From Chloroflexota bacterium (GTDB lineage: Bacteria; Chloroflexota; UBA11872; VXOZ01), in assembly GCA_965221905.1 (NCBI GenBank), contig OZ244922.1:640001-704000 (forward strand): DNA of 64,000 nt. Reading direction: 5' to 3'. Both the position numbers and the translations under genes were made by a program. Positions 19,473-30,027 of the stretch are shown one piece after another. The notes under the pieces were generated by a model. It did no database searches and was not told where the DNA came from. It was given only the letters and a program-made list of their open reading frames with translations. The stretch's first letter is position 1, and each line of letters starts with the position of its first letter.

Positions 19473-20336
19473 GTGGTTATCCACTGCTATGCCAAGATCA
19501 ACCTGACTCTGGAAATCCTCGGCAAGCGCGCCGACGGGTACCACGAGGTCCGCACGGTCATGCAGACCGTCGGTCTGGCGGACCGGCTGGAGGTATCGGC
19601 GGCGGCGGATCTCTCGTTCACGTGTTCCGACCCCGCCTTGGCGACGCCGGACAATCTCGTGTACCGCGCCGCACGACTGCTGCAAGCGGAGTACGCCGTG
19701 CGCACCGGTGCCGCGCTCAGGCTGGAAAAGCGCATTCCAGTGGCCGCCGGTTTGGGGGGCGGCAGCAGCGACGCGGCGGCTACTATTGTCGCTCTCAACC
19801 GGCTGTGGAATCTTCAACTATCCCTAACTGAACAGCGGCGGCTGGCAGCAGCGCTGGGTTCAGACGTGCCGTTCTTTCTCACGGGCGGGGCGTTGGCCAC
19901 CGGTCGGGGCGAACGCATTACACGGCTGCCGCCGCTGCCGCAGTACTGGGTCGTGCTCGTCCTGCTGCCGTGTGCGCTCAGCACGGCGGCGGTCTACCAA
20001 GCCGTGACCCCAGCGGACTACACCGCAGGCGTCACGACCGCAGACACCGTCGCCGCTGCCCAGCACGGCACACTGTCACCGCAAACCCGCTGGCACAACG
20101 CCCTTGCACGCCCCGCCCAGGCTCTGGCTCCGGGAATCGCAGCCGCAAAGAATGCCATGATTCAGGCCGGCGCCCCACACGCCCACGTATCCGGCAGCGG
20201 CCCGACGGTCTTCGCCATGTGCCAAGAGGAAGGTGCGGCGCGCACGCTCGCCGACCGCCTCCAGGAGCAGGGGCACAACGCCGAGATCGCCCCGTTCGTT
20301 CAGTCCGGTTGGGCTTGGGGCGAAGCGGGCGCGTAG
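19473..20336 (+). CDS. ispE: 4-diphosphocytidyl-2-C-methyl-D-erythritol kinase
   Basis: AKINLTL, DGYHE, KRIPVAAGLGGGSSDAA, GSDVPFF and SGSGPT motifs. Confidence 0.97.
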   Translation: MVIHCYAKINLTLEILGKRADGYHEVRTVMQTVGLADRLEVSAAADLSFTCSDPALATPDNLVYRAARLLQAEYAVRTGAALRLEKRIPVAAGLGGGSSDAAATIVALNRLWNLQLSLTEQRRLAAALGSDVPFFLTGGALATGRGERITRLPPLPQYWVVLVLLPCALSTAAVYQAVTPADYTAGVTTADTVAAAQHGTLSPQTRWHNALARPAQALAPGIAAAKNAMIQAGAPHAHVSGSGPTVFAMCQEEGAARTLADRLQEQGHNAEIAPFVQSGWAWGEAGA

Positions 20337-20770
20337 AACCGGGAGCCAGCGGGGCTAATGGGTACGCATGGTGGTACGGATGCTGCAGGGATAAGGATTC
20401 ACCAGCCAGGGTCTTTCGATTGCCGCATTAAACGGAGTGATGGGTTTGCATGGTCAGCAACCGAGCATCGTGCTGGGCTTGGCGATCGGTCGTGCTGAGG
20501 TGGCTATGCCCGGGTCCTGTCGAAGCAAGAACGGCCGTGTGCGCATATGCCGGAATTCACCCGTGCCGCGTTTCCCCTTCGACATGCTCAGGGCGATCAG
20601 GTTGGTGCATAGGGTGAGCAAGTATTTGCGTCTAGGGCGGACTGACGAAAGTGCGCAACGGAGCCTCCCAAGAGCAAGAGCGCATGACCCCTACCGCTAT
20701 GCGTCGGCGACTGCCGGTTTCTCGTGGCTTGTGGTACATTTGTCGGGAGCAAGTCAAAGGAGCGGCCAAG

Positions 20771-22165
20771 ATGAATGTCATCTGGATAGTTGCTGACACC
20801 TTCCGCAGGGACCACGTAGGCGCCTACGGCAATCCTACGATTCGAACGCCTTCTCTCGATGCGCTGGCGGCCAGGTCGGTCAGGTTCGACGGCCACTATG
20901 CTGCCGGCTTCCCGACCATGCCCACGCGAGCAGACCATCATACAGGGCGCTGGACGATGTCCTTCATGGGTTGGGAGCCCCTGCCTGCGGGAGTGAACAC
21001 TATTGCGGAAGTGCTGGCGGACCACGGCTATCATACGGCGGCATCGGTGGATACCCCCTACTATCTAAGGGACGGAATGAACTATGACCGGGGGTTTCAG
21101 TCCTTCTTCATGAACAGGGGCCAGGATACAATGTGGTCCCTCATCCCTCAGCCCGGCTATCACAATGAATCCCTCGACGTCCGCGCGGCTTGGCGCAACG
21201 AATCGGATCGGAATGCCCCGCGGACGTTCATGACCGCCATGCAGTGGTTGGAACGACACTACAAAGAGGACTTCTTTCTCTACATTGACACCTGGGATCC
21301 GCATGAACCTTGGGATGCGCCAGCTTACTATACAGAACTCTACTGGCCCGGATACGACGGTGAAGTGGTGCTCCCACTGTATGGAAACTGGCATCACGCG
21401 CCGGGCTACAGCGAGGAGCAGGTGCGGAAGGGTCACGCCACCTATTGTGGTGAAGTCACCATGGTCGACACGTGGCTGGGGTTCTTGCTGAAGGCCGTCG
21501 AGAACATGGGCCTGACGGACACAACTGCCATCATCTTCACCACAGACCACGGCTTCTGTTTTGGGGAGCATGGCGGCCTATTCGGCAAGATGCATGCGGA
21601 TACGTACCCGGACGGGAGCCTGCGGCCCTATGGCGAGCCGGGATCAACATGGACCCACTCTCCCCTCTACGAGGAGCTTGTCCACTTGCCGCTTCTGGTT
21701 TACGTGCCTGGCATATGCCCGGGAGTTTACAAAGGCCTTAGTTCCGCGGTCGACGTCATGCCATCCGTACTCGATCTGATGGGCATAGAGATTCCGGCCT
21801 ATGTCCAAGGCAGGTCCCTCGTGTCCGGGATGCAAGATACTGCACTGCCAGGACGGGAGTACGTAGTCAGCAGCATTCCCTTTGCCAACCCTGGCGATCC
21901 GGTTCAATCTGTTGACAGCTTGCTTCGTACCCTTTCGGACTACCCGGTGACCACCATCACGGCGGGAGAATGGAGCCTGCTCTATAGTCCGCAAGCCGGT
22001 CTATCGGAACTATACAATCTGAATTCCGATCCAAATCAGCTTGAGAGCATGATCGGAACGCATCGAGACGATGCCAGAGAAATTCATCGTTTCCTGGTTG
22101 ACTTTATGCACGAAACTAGCGTGCCGGAACGACTACTGCAGCCGCGTTTGGAACTTCGTGCTTAG
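20771..22165 (+). CDS. Sulfatase-fold (alkaline phosphatase superfamily) hydrolase
   Basis: NVIWIVADTFRRDH, RTPSLDALA, TMPTR at the nucleophile site, DPHEPW, TTDHG and ELYNL..DP motifs. Confidence 0.9.
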   Translation: MNVIWIVADTFRRDHVGAYGNPTIRTPSLDALAARSVRFDGHYAAGFPTMPTRADHHTGRWTMSFMGWEPLPAGVNTIAEVLADHGYHTAASVDTPYYLRDGMNYDRGFQSFFMNRGQDTMWSLIPQPGYHNESLDVRAAWRNESDRNAPRTFMTAMQWLERHYKEDFFLYIDTWDPHEPWDAPAYYTELYWPGYDGEVVLPLYGNWHHAPGYSEEQVRKGHATYCGEVTMVDTWLGFLLKAVENMGLTDTTAIIFTTDHGFCFGEHGGLFGKMHADTYPDGSLRPYGEPGSTWTHSPLYEELVHLPLLVYVPGICPGVYKGLSSAVDVMPSVLDLMGIEIPAYVQGRSLVSGMQDTALPGREYVVSSIPFANPGDPVQSVDSLLRTLSDYPVTTITAGEWSLLYSPQAGLSELYNLNSDPNQLESMIGTHRDDAREIHRFLVDFMHETSVPERLLQPRLELRA

Positions 22166-22339
22166 ATGCGTTGAAGTTCAAACCCCTTGCTATTCCGGTT
22201 CTGGCTGGGAAAGTCCGAAGGTAAGAGAGGTCTTTCCCAGTAGGACACCAGCATTCCGGCGGGCGGCGGCCGATATCCTGACCGCTCGTGAGGGCCGTCC
22301 GATAGGAAAGGAACGCTCGCACGCGACCGTCATTACAGT

Positions 22340-23890
22340 ATGAGGAAGCGATACGATCACATTGTCGTCGGGGCGGGTTCGGCAGGTGCGGTCTTGGCGG
22401 CCCGCTTGACTGAAGATCGTCACCGGTCGGTTCTGCTTCTCGAGGCCGGAGAGGACTATCCCACGCTGGATCGGATGCCGGATCCGTTGAAGTATGCCTA
22501 TGGGATCGGCACAACGCTCTGGGATAGCGGACACGCGTGGAATTTTCGCGCCAGGGCTACGGACCAAGCCCAGATAGATGTCCCGCGCGGCAAGGTCACC
22601 GGCGGTTCCAGCGCTATCAACGACGCCCAATTTCTGAGAGGAATGCCGGAGGATTTCGCGCGGTGGGCGGCGTGGGGGAACCCCGAATGGGAATTCGCAA
22701 AGGTCTTGCCCTACCTGAGAAAGTTAGAAGCGGACCAGGATTTCCAAAATGAATTCCATGGCTCGGACGGTCCTATCAGTTGCCGTCGGTATCGGCCTGA
22801 CGAATGGGGGCCGCAACAGCACGCCTTCTATCAGGCATGCCGAGACGCCGGTTTCCCCGACTGCCCGGACCACAATCACCCCAACGCCACCGGCGTTGGG
22901 CCTCTGGCTTTCAACATCGCCGGCCGCGTGCGGGTGAGTACGGCAATCGGCTACCTAAACCCCGCACGCACGCGACCGGGGTTGACCGTCAGACCCCACT
23001 GCCTCGTCCACCGGATCATCTTCGAAGGCAAGCGCGCGGTAGGGCTGCACGTGATCAACGGCCGTGAAGAGTTTTCCGTCTATGGCGAGGAAGTCATCCT
23101 CTGTGCCGGCGCTATCGGATCGCCACATATCCTTGCGCTGTCGGGTATTGGACCGGCGGCGCAGTTGCGGCAGTTGGGGATACCCATTGTGCAGGACCTT
23201 CCCGGCGTCGGGCGCAATCTCCGGGACCACCCGGATGTGCCAATGGCCTGGCGTACGCGTGAAGGATTCCCCTTGAACACCGACCAGGTCGCAACGGGCA
23301 CTGTCACCCTACGGTTTACGGCCTCGGGTTCGCCTTTCAAGAACGACTTGGTCATTTACATGGGCAACTACGCCGCGGCAAGGCCTATGCGAGGTTCGGA
23401 TCATCAGAATCCGGTAGGCATAGGGGTCAGCCTGTGCCTCTACTTGGCGTTGAGCCAGGGTGAACTCCGCATCCAATCTGACGACCCTAGGCATGCGCCT
23501 TACCTCGACTTTAACCTGCTGGACGACCCCTACGATCGTTCACGGCTCCGTGAAAGCCTCAGGACCTGCGCCGACCTGTTCAAGCATACGGCCTTCGGTG
23601 GGATAGTCGACGAGCGGTTTGCGCCCTCAGACGAAGTCCTGGATGACGACGATGCCCTGGATTCCTGGATGCAGCGAGAGGTGGTCACGGCCCACCACGT
23701 CTCGAGCACGTGCAAAATGGGGCCCGCAAACGACCCAATGGCTGTGGTGGACCAATACGGCAAGGTGCACGGCGTCGAGGGACTCCGCATCAGCGACGCA
23801 TCCATCATGCCCGATACGGTGCGGGCGAACCTTAACCATACCGTGATTGCGATAGCGGAGAAGGTGGCCGATTTCATCAAGGAAAGTTGA
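22340..23890 (+). CDS. GMC family oxidoreductase (choline dehydrogenase-like)
   Basis: VGAGSAG, PRGKVTGGSSAIN, GVGRNLRDH, TCKMG and DASIMP motifs. Confidence 0.93.
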   Translation: MRKRYDHIVVGAGSAGAVLAARLTEDRHRSVLLLEAGEDYPTLDRMPDPLKYAYGIGTTLWDSGHAWNFRARATDQAQIDVPRGKVTGGSSAINDAQFLRGMPEDFARWAAWGNPEWEFAKVLPYLRKLEADQDFQNEFHGSDGPISCRRYRPDEWGPQQHAFYQACRDAGFPDCPDHNHPNATGVGPLAFNIAGRVRVSTAIGYLNPARTRPGLTVRPHCLVHRIIFEGKRAVGLHVINGREEFSVYGEEVILCAGAIGSPHILALSGIGPAAQLRQLGIPIVQDLPGVGRNLRDHPDVPMAWRTREGFPLNTDQVATGTVTLRFTASGSPFKNDLVIYMGNYAAARPMRGSDHQNPVGIGVSLCLYLALSQGELRIQSDDPRHAPYLDFNLLDDPYDRSRLRESLRTCADLFKHTAFGGIVDERFAPSDEVLDDDDALDSWMQREVVTAHHVSSTCKMGPANDPMAVVDQYGKVHGVEGLRISDASIMPDTVRANLNHTVIAIAEKVADFIKES

Positions 23891-24112
23891 CTGCGCGGCG
23901 GGGTCCGGCATGTCTCAAAATGCTAAAATCTCCATCCAGGACAGCTGCGACCGCCGAGGCCGTAGGTTTCCGGTGGGACTAGCGACAGAAGCAGCGGCGA
24001 GCTCGCGGGTGGAATTGCCGCAGTCGGGGCTAGAGGATCACTCCGCTACCACTGCTGCCGGAGCACCGTGTCGTGCTCGTGCCGCGTACGACGGAGGATA
24101 CTCTAAGAGACG

Positions 24113-24757
24113 ATGAAAGCCTATCGCGCGTTGCGTGTTGCCACAGCCGTGCTCTTGACCGGCCTCTGTTTCCTCATTTCAACAGGGGTGACAAATGCTT
24201 GCTCGTGCGGGGACTTACCCTCCCCAGCCGTGGCATTGGGGCAATCTGCAAAAGTGTTCTCCGGGAAGGTCGTGCACGTAAGCGATGGCGGCGGCACGGA
24301 GAGAGAGCCCGCTCTGCTCAGCGGTTACATCTCGGTAGAGTTCGAAGTCTACGCAGTGTGGAAAGGCCCGGCCTATGCCACCATGTTCGTCGAGACGGCA
24401 TGGTGGAGTGGCAGTTGCGGGGTGGAATTCTATCTTGGACAAGAATGGCTGGTCTATTCCTATGACGGTGAAACCACGCACCCTTGCAGCCGCACACGTC
24501 CCTTGGAGCTGGCGCAGGCAGACATTAACGAACTTGGCGAGGGCCAAGTTCCTGTGCCGGGAACAATCGAGCCCTATCGACAGTCCGGTCACCGGATCGA
24601 GCGGACACGCACGCAGGCCGCCGTGGCCGACGCACCCACACCAGCGGCAAGCCCTTGGTGGGATTTCATTCCCGCGTGGCTGAACTTCGTACTCCTCATA
24701 GTTGTGGTGGTAGCAGTGCTGGGCTGGGTGCTGCGTGGGACCAGCCAGAAGGGCTAG
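24113..24757 (+). CDS. Exported, C-terminally membrane-anchored TIMP/NTR-like domain protein
   Basis: Signal peptide ending at A-CSC, then VFSGKV, VWKG, SCGVEF and CSRT motifs; C-terminal TM helix. Confidence 0.7.
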   Translation: MKAYRALRVATAVLLTGLCFLISTGVTNACSCGDLPSPAVALGQSAKVFSGKVVHVSDGGGTEREPALLSGYISVEFEVYAVWKGPAYATMFVETAWWSGSCGVEFYLGQEWLVYSYDGETTHPCSRTRPLELAQADINELGEGQVPVPGTIEPYRQSGHRIERTRTQAAVADAPTPAASPWWDFIPAWLNFVLLIVVVVAVLGWVLRGTSQKG

Positions 24758-24917
24758 GGCTGTCTCTGCGCCAGGCAGACCCTTGCGGCCCGGGCGGCCG
24801 GCCGCGGCATCAGCACGGCGATCGGCCCAGGCGCTAGTCCGCAGTACTCGCTAGCAGATGTCTAGAGTGACTATTGCAGACGAAGAGGCGCCTGGTCGCT
24901 ATTGAAAAACCGCTCGC

Positions 24918-25850
24918 CTATGCCCGAAACGGCTTGCCGGTGCGGCGGAGCTCCTTGGTGACGGCTACTTGGCAGGTGACGTACGCGCTCTCTGTCGGTC
25001 GGCCGCGGTGGTTCATGTCGCCGGCGGAATAGCCGGGGCGGGCGTCGCCGATGGTGCCGACGATGAGGTTGGCGTGTTCCGTGGTCGTATCGTAGCGGTC
25101 GGCGATGAGGCCCACCATATCCACCCACGCCGCGCGCACGGCATCCGTCCAGGTCCGGCCCTGACCGCTCGTGAGGTATTCATCGGCGCACTCGGCCACG
25201 TTCGTGGTCTCGACAACCGGGCTGGAGGTCGAGAAGCCCGGCGAGCGGTCTACTCTAATCTTCACGGCCGTGTCGATCTCTACGCCGGTGCCGGTGAGTT
25301 CGCCGTCCGACATGCGCGCGTGGGCGTCGGCCAGGGTGAGCAGGCCGCCGGGCTTCTGCGCGCGAATGTGCACGGTGCTGCCGGGGCGCGTTGAGTTGAA
25401 GTCCATGTTGCCGCCGTGGTCGATCTCATACGGGTCCACCGACTCCAACATCACCACTCCGACCATGGGGCGTTCCGGCACCACGAAGTCCGGCGGAAAG
25501 TGCACAAGTCCGTCGCGGACGGGCGCGATGAGGCGCACGCTGCCCCAGATGGGGCCGCCGTTGCGATAAAAGCCGTAGGGACCCACCTCCATATCCAGGA
25601 TTTCGATTGCCACCCAATCTCCCGGCTCGATGCCCTCGATGAAGAACGGCCCGCCCGGCCGTGAGTAGCGCGGCGTGCCGACTTCCATGACTGCGCCGGG
25701 CTTGAGTTCGCCTTTTATCTTCAGGTCCTGGTCGTGGCCGCCGACAGTCTCGATGACGACCGTCTCGCCCAATCGCAGAGTGCCTCGGAGTTGCCCACGT
25801 TCGGGATCGTTGGGCCCGCTGTAGTAGGGTGTACGGGTGAAGCGTCGCAT
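24918..25850 (-). CDS. Acetamidase/formamidase family protein
   Basis: GPFFIEGIEPGD, HGGNMD and DAHARMSDGELTGTGVE motifs; GGAGG before the ATG at 25850. Confidence 0.88.
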   Translation of the reverse strand: MRRFTRTPYYSGPNDPERGQLRGTLRLGETVVIETVGGHDQDLKIKGELKPGAVMEVGTPRYSRPGGPFFIEGIEPGDWVAIEILDMEVGPYGFYRNGGPIWGSVRLIAPVRDGLVHFPPDFVVPERPMVGVVMLESVDPYEIDHGGNMDFNSTRPGSTVHIRAQKPGGLLTLADAHARMSDGELTGTGVEIDTAVKIRVDRSPGFSTSSPVVETTNVAECADEYLTSGQGRTWTDAVRAAWVDMVGLIADRYDTTTEHANLIVGTIGDARPGYSAGDMNHRGRPTESAYVTCQVAVTKELRRTGKPFRA

Positions 25851-26061
25851 GCGAATCCTCCCGCTTGCGGTATTGTTCGGCCGCAATATGTGGTACTCAC
25901 TATGAGCGAAGCCGGCCGGAACTTCCTTATCCTACCTTAAATTTTATGCCGAACTAGGGTCTAGGGCTAGCCCTTTTGCGCCGATTCATAGGTACATTTA
26001 AGTAATCTGCTAAGTTACACGATTGGCAGACCGACATGGTCGTTCGCCAGCGCTAGTTTGC

Positions 26062-26091
26062 TTGACAGAAGCGGATTCTCCGCCCTATACT
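26062..26091 (+). promoter_or_regulatory. Sigma70-type promoter of tRNA-Val
   Basis: TTGACA-N18-TATACT about 85 nt upstream of the tRNA. Confidence 0.75.
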
Positions 26092-26174
26092 TACGGAAAT
26101 CTGTCAATGGCGCCAGAGGAGACCGACGAGTGACTCGATCAATTTGGAAGCCTGCGGGGCTTCTTTACCGTTAA

Positions 26175-26251
<77 letters not shown>

Positions 26252-26685
26252 AACTGGATAAAATCAAGAACTGTCACTTTGAGGTTCGTTCTGGACCTGT
26301 GATGGGTGTGCTGGAGAGGGCCGGGCCAGCCTCAATATCCCATACCAGCTATCTGAAGACCAGGGAATCGGACGGACGCACTGTTATGGTGAGGCATCGG
26401 CAGAGAAGCGGTGGAAGAGGCGAAATGTAGCGGCTGGTATTGGCTGGCGCTGTAATCGTACTGATATGCGATTGTCCAGAAGCTAAGTGCTCGCAGATTT
26501 GCAGGGAAGACCTGTCGCCTGTGCCACCCCTGGACTACCTCAAGATCAGGATCCGAAACTCACACTAGGTGGGCCTGCCCGCTCTCCATGCGCCATCGCC
26601 CCACTCGTTCAAATGGTTCGACAGGCTCACCACGAGCGGCAAGGGCAGGGGTTTGCCATGAGCGGTAAGGAGGATAGGCTCACCA

Positions 26686-27165
26686 TTGAAGAACGTGGTC
26701 AGACACTTCACCGCCACCGGGTTCGTTGTGCATGACGAGAGCGTCCTGCTGCACTGGCACCCAAAGGTCAAAGAGTGGCTGCCCCCAGGCGGCCACATCG
26801 AAGACAACGAGGACCCTGTCCAGGCCGTCCTGCGGGAGATACGGGAGGAGACGGGTCTGTCAGCCGAGATCGTGCCCACCGGGGTCGTCCTGGACCTGGA
26901 GCATCCGGTACCGGTCCACCCTCCGTTCACCATACTGGTGGAGAATATCCATGACCCGGTGGACGGGTATCACCAGCACATCGACATGATTTACTTCTGC
27001 CGGCTCCCAGGCGTACCCGGCCTGTTGAACGACGGTTGGATATGGGTGAGCAGATTGGACGTTGAAGCGAAGCTGCCTCTGGTCGCCGCTGGCGCTCCAG
27101 TCAAATCGCCTCCCGAAGATGTCCGCCTGCTGGCAATGAGGGCCTTAGACCTGGCCCCGATGTGA
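26686..27165 (+). CDS. NUDIX hydrolase
   Basis: Nudix box GGHIEDNEDPVQAVLREIREETGL. Confidence 0.92.
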   Translation: MKNVVRHFTATGFVVHDESVLLHWHPKVKEWLPPGGHIEDNEDPVQAVLREIREETGLSAEIVPTGVVLDLEHPVPVHPPFTILVENIHDPVDGYHQHIDMIYFCRLPGVPGLLNDGWIWVSRLDVEAKLPLVAAGAPVKSPPEDVRLLAMRALDLAPM

Positions 27166-27396
27166 CGTAGGCGCACCCGCTCATATGGTTCGACATCCCG
27201 GTAGCGATAGGAACTTGCGTTCCTCCCCCTGGTCACGCCACAATGCTTAGGTCAAGGGCCTAGGTAGGCCCACAGAGCCCCTAGCCACATCTCGAAGATG
27301 GTTCTGTCTTCCGTCAAAACAGGCCCATCTAGAGATGACATTCCGAGTCTCTCCTGACCAATTCAGCCGCGCAAAGCGGGGATTGAATTGAACGCA

Positions 27397-27882
27397 ATGG
27401 ACGAAAAGGCGTTCGAGAATTCAACGAAGGTCGCAAAGAAGACCTTCGCCAAGAAGGCTGGCGCAAAGACGGTCCTCCTCTCAGGCGGCAATCCTCAGAT
27501 CGCGAAGGCCGACGGCGACGCTCCCGTGCAGGCATACATCGCGGCCATGCCAGGCTGGAAGAGCGATCTTGGGCGCCGCCTCGACGCGGTCATTGTGCGC
27601 GAGGTGCCCAACGTGCGCAAGGCCGTGCGATGGAACTCGCCATTCTATGGCATCGAGGGCCAAGGTTGGTTCGTGAGTTACCACGTATTTGTTCAATACG
27701 TAAAGGTGACCTTCTTCCGAGGCGCGTCTCTAAGACCCGTTCCGCCCGGCTCAGGCAAAGATAAGGACGCACGCTGGATCGATATCCACGAGGGTGAATT
27801 CGACGAAGCGCAGATGGCCGAGTGGGTCAGGCAGGCGGCGGCCCTGCCCGGTTGGGATGGGTTCAGACATTCTGCAAGCTGA
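27397..27882 (+). CDS. DUF1801 (YdhG-like) domain protein
   Basis: LLSGGNPQIAKADGDAPVQAYIAAMPGWK, KAVRWNSPFYG and WVRQAAALPG motifs. Confidence 0.8.
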   Translation: MDEKAFENSTKVAKKTFAKKAGAKTVLLSGGNPQIAKADGDAPVQAYIAAMPGWKSDLGRRLDAVIVREVPNVRKAVRWNSPFYGIEGQGWFVSYHVFVQYVKVTFFRGASLRPVPPGSGKDKDARWIDIHEGEFDEAQMAEWVRQAAALPGWDGFRHSAS

Positions 27883-28174
27883 ATGCCGAATCGTCCAGGA
27901 GACCTATTGAAGGCTCTTTTGGCTTCTTCATCGGCGAGGAGGTGCGCGAACGTGCGCGGCAGTACGTGTCGTAGTATTCTCGGCCAAGTTGGGAGAGATT
28001 TGGAGGATACGATCTGGCGAGCCGGTCTTCCGAATTCGAGAATTCCTTTGAGGGCCCATATGGATCGCTTGACCGGCTCACCATATAGATGCCTCCCAGG
28101 GAGACGTTCGCGGTGCTGTACTCTTAGGCCCGTCGCAGCAGTGGGCGTTGGGCAATGTGGAGCAGGTGTAACTC

Positions 28175-29911
28175 ATGGCTGCAGTAAACGTCAACGACAA
28201 CGTCCGCTACGAACCCGATGAGAATCCTCCCCGCTTAGTTACCATTGGCTCCGGCGTTCAGGCTGCCATCTTGATTCTGGCGCCGGTAGTGCTGACCGTA
28301 GTTATCGTGTCTCGCATTGCCGGGCAGTCTGAAGGTTTCATAACGTGGGCCGTGTTTGCGGCATTGCTCGTTAGCGGGTCCACGACCATACTCCAGGCCG
28401 TTCGGGTCGGAAGGTTTGGCTCGGGGCACGTGCTGATGATGGGCACGTCGGGGGCCTTCATCGCCGTCTGCGTCGCGGCGCTTAAGCTCGCGGGCCCGGC
28501 CACAATGGCGAGCCTGATCGTTATATCATCGCTATTCCAGTTCTTGCTGGCGGCGCGACTCTCGCTGCTGCGCCGCATCTTTACGCCGATAGTTACGGGC
28601 ACCGTAATCATGCTGATCGCGGCCACGGTGATGCCGATTGTATTTGATTCGCTCAAGGTCGTGCCCGAAGGGTCGCCGGAGGCGGCCGCTCCGGTGGCGG
28701 CTCTGGTTACGCTGGTTATCGTAGCGGCGATGGTGGTGCGTGCGCCGCCGACCTGGCGGCTGTGGTCGCCAATCATCGCCATTGCCGCGGGTTGTCTTGT
28801 TTCCATACCCTTTGGCATCTACGACTTACAACAGGTACTGGATGCGCCATGGATCGGGGTGCCTTTCGACTCGTGGCCGGGCTTTGACGTTACCCCCGGC
28901 GTTGAGTTTTGGGCGTTGCTGCCCGCATTCGTCGTGGTTACCTTGGTTGGGGCTATCGAGACCATTGGGGACGGCGTGGCGATCCAGCGCGTCTCCCGCC
29001 GCAACCCCCGCGCTACGGACTTTCGCGTCGTGCAAGGCGCGCTCAATGCCGACGGCGTAGGCAATTTGCTCTCAGGCTTACTGGCAACCGTGCCGAATAC
29101 AACCTACTCATCCAGCATCTCTCTTGCCGAGGTCACCGGGGTCGCCGCACGGCGTGTGGGCGTGGTTATCGGTGTCATCTTTGTTGTCTTGGCTTTCTTC
29201 CCCAAAGTTGCCGCCTTGCTGATTGCTATTCCCGCTCCCGTGGCGGCTGCGTATATCACTGTGCTTGTCGTATTGCTCTTTGTGCAGGGCATGAGAATTG
29301 TCATCCAGGACGGCATGGACCACCGCAAGACTGTAGTTGTCGGTCTGTCATTTTGGGTTGGCGCGGGCTTTCAGAGCGGATGGATCTTTCCGGAATTGTT
29401 GGGTGAAGGGTTCATGGGCGTGCTGCTGAGCAACGGTATGACGGCGGGCGCTATCGTGGCGATTATTGTGATGGTGTTTATCGAGCTCACGCGCCCGCGG
29501 CGCAGGCGATTGCAGGTGGCGCTAGAGAGTGCTGCCCTGCCGAAGATCGAAGAATTCTTGTTGTCGTTCGCCTCCAAATGCAAATGGAACGACGCTTCGG
29601 CGGAAAGGCTCACCTCAGCCGGCGAAGAGACGCTGGCAATCCTATTGCAGGAGAGCGGCGGCGCTCAAGGCGGCGGGCGGCGGTTGACGGTCAACGCCCG
29701 TTTGGAAGGCAGCATGGCAGAGCTGGAATTCATGACGTCGCTGGAAGGCGAGAATGTGGAAGACTATCTGACGCACCTCAATGAGCTTCCGCCCGTGCCG
29801 GACGAACGCGAGGTGTCGTTCCGTTTGCTCTGGCACTATGCGTCCTCCGTGCGGCACCAGAAGTATCACGGGTTGGACATCATCACGGTGAACGTCGAGG
29901 GTTTGCGCTAG
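28175..29911 (+). CDS. NCS2 xanthine/uracil permease with a C-terminal degenerate HATPase-like domain
   Basis: GTSGAF, FTPIVTGTVI, ETIGD, ADG and PNTTYSS motifs, followed by a soluble tail of about 140 aa. Confidence 0.88.
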   Translation: MAAVNVNDNVRYEPDENPPRLVTIGSGVQAAILILAPVVLTVVIVSRIAGQSEGFITWAVFAALLVSGSTTILQAVRVGRFGSGHVLMMGTSGAFIAVCVAALKLAGPATMASLIVISSLFQFLLAARLSLLRRIFTPIVTGTVIMLIAATVMPIVFDSLKVVPEGSPEAAAPVAALVTLVIVAAMVVRAPPTWRLWSPIIAIAAGCLVSIPFGIYDLQQVLDAPWIGVPFDSWPGFDVTPGVEFWALLPAFVVVTLVGAIETIGDGVAIQRVSRRNPRATDFRVVQGALNADGVGNLLSGLLATVPNTTYSSSISLAEVTGVAARRVGVVIGVIFVVLAFFPKVAALLIAIPAPVAAAYITVLVVLLFVQGMRIVIQDGMDHRKTVVVGLSFWVGAGFQSGWIFPELLGEGFMGVLLSNGMTAGAIVAIIVMVFIELTRPRRRRLQVALESAALPKIEEFLLSFASKCKWNDASAERLTSAGEETLAILLQESGGAQGGGRRLTVNARLEGSMAELEFMTSLEGENVEDYLTHLNELPPVPDEREVSFRLLWHYASSVRHQKYHGLDIITVNVEGLR

Positions 29912-30027
29912 AGGCTCCCGGTAAAGGCTCGCGCTAGACACGCGCATCTTGTCCGCTCCGGGCATTTGGAAACATCATTCCGGCGAGCCTCACCTAAATC
30001 TTGGAGCGGACCAATTGTCGATGAGCC

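Noticed and set aside
22340-23890. GMC enzyme as mycofactocin-system MftG or BetA
   Set aside because: No mft or bet genes are nearby, so only a family-level call is supported.
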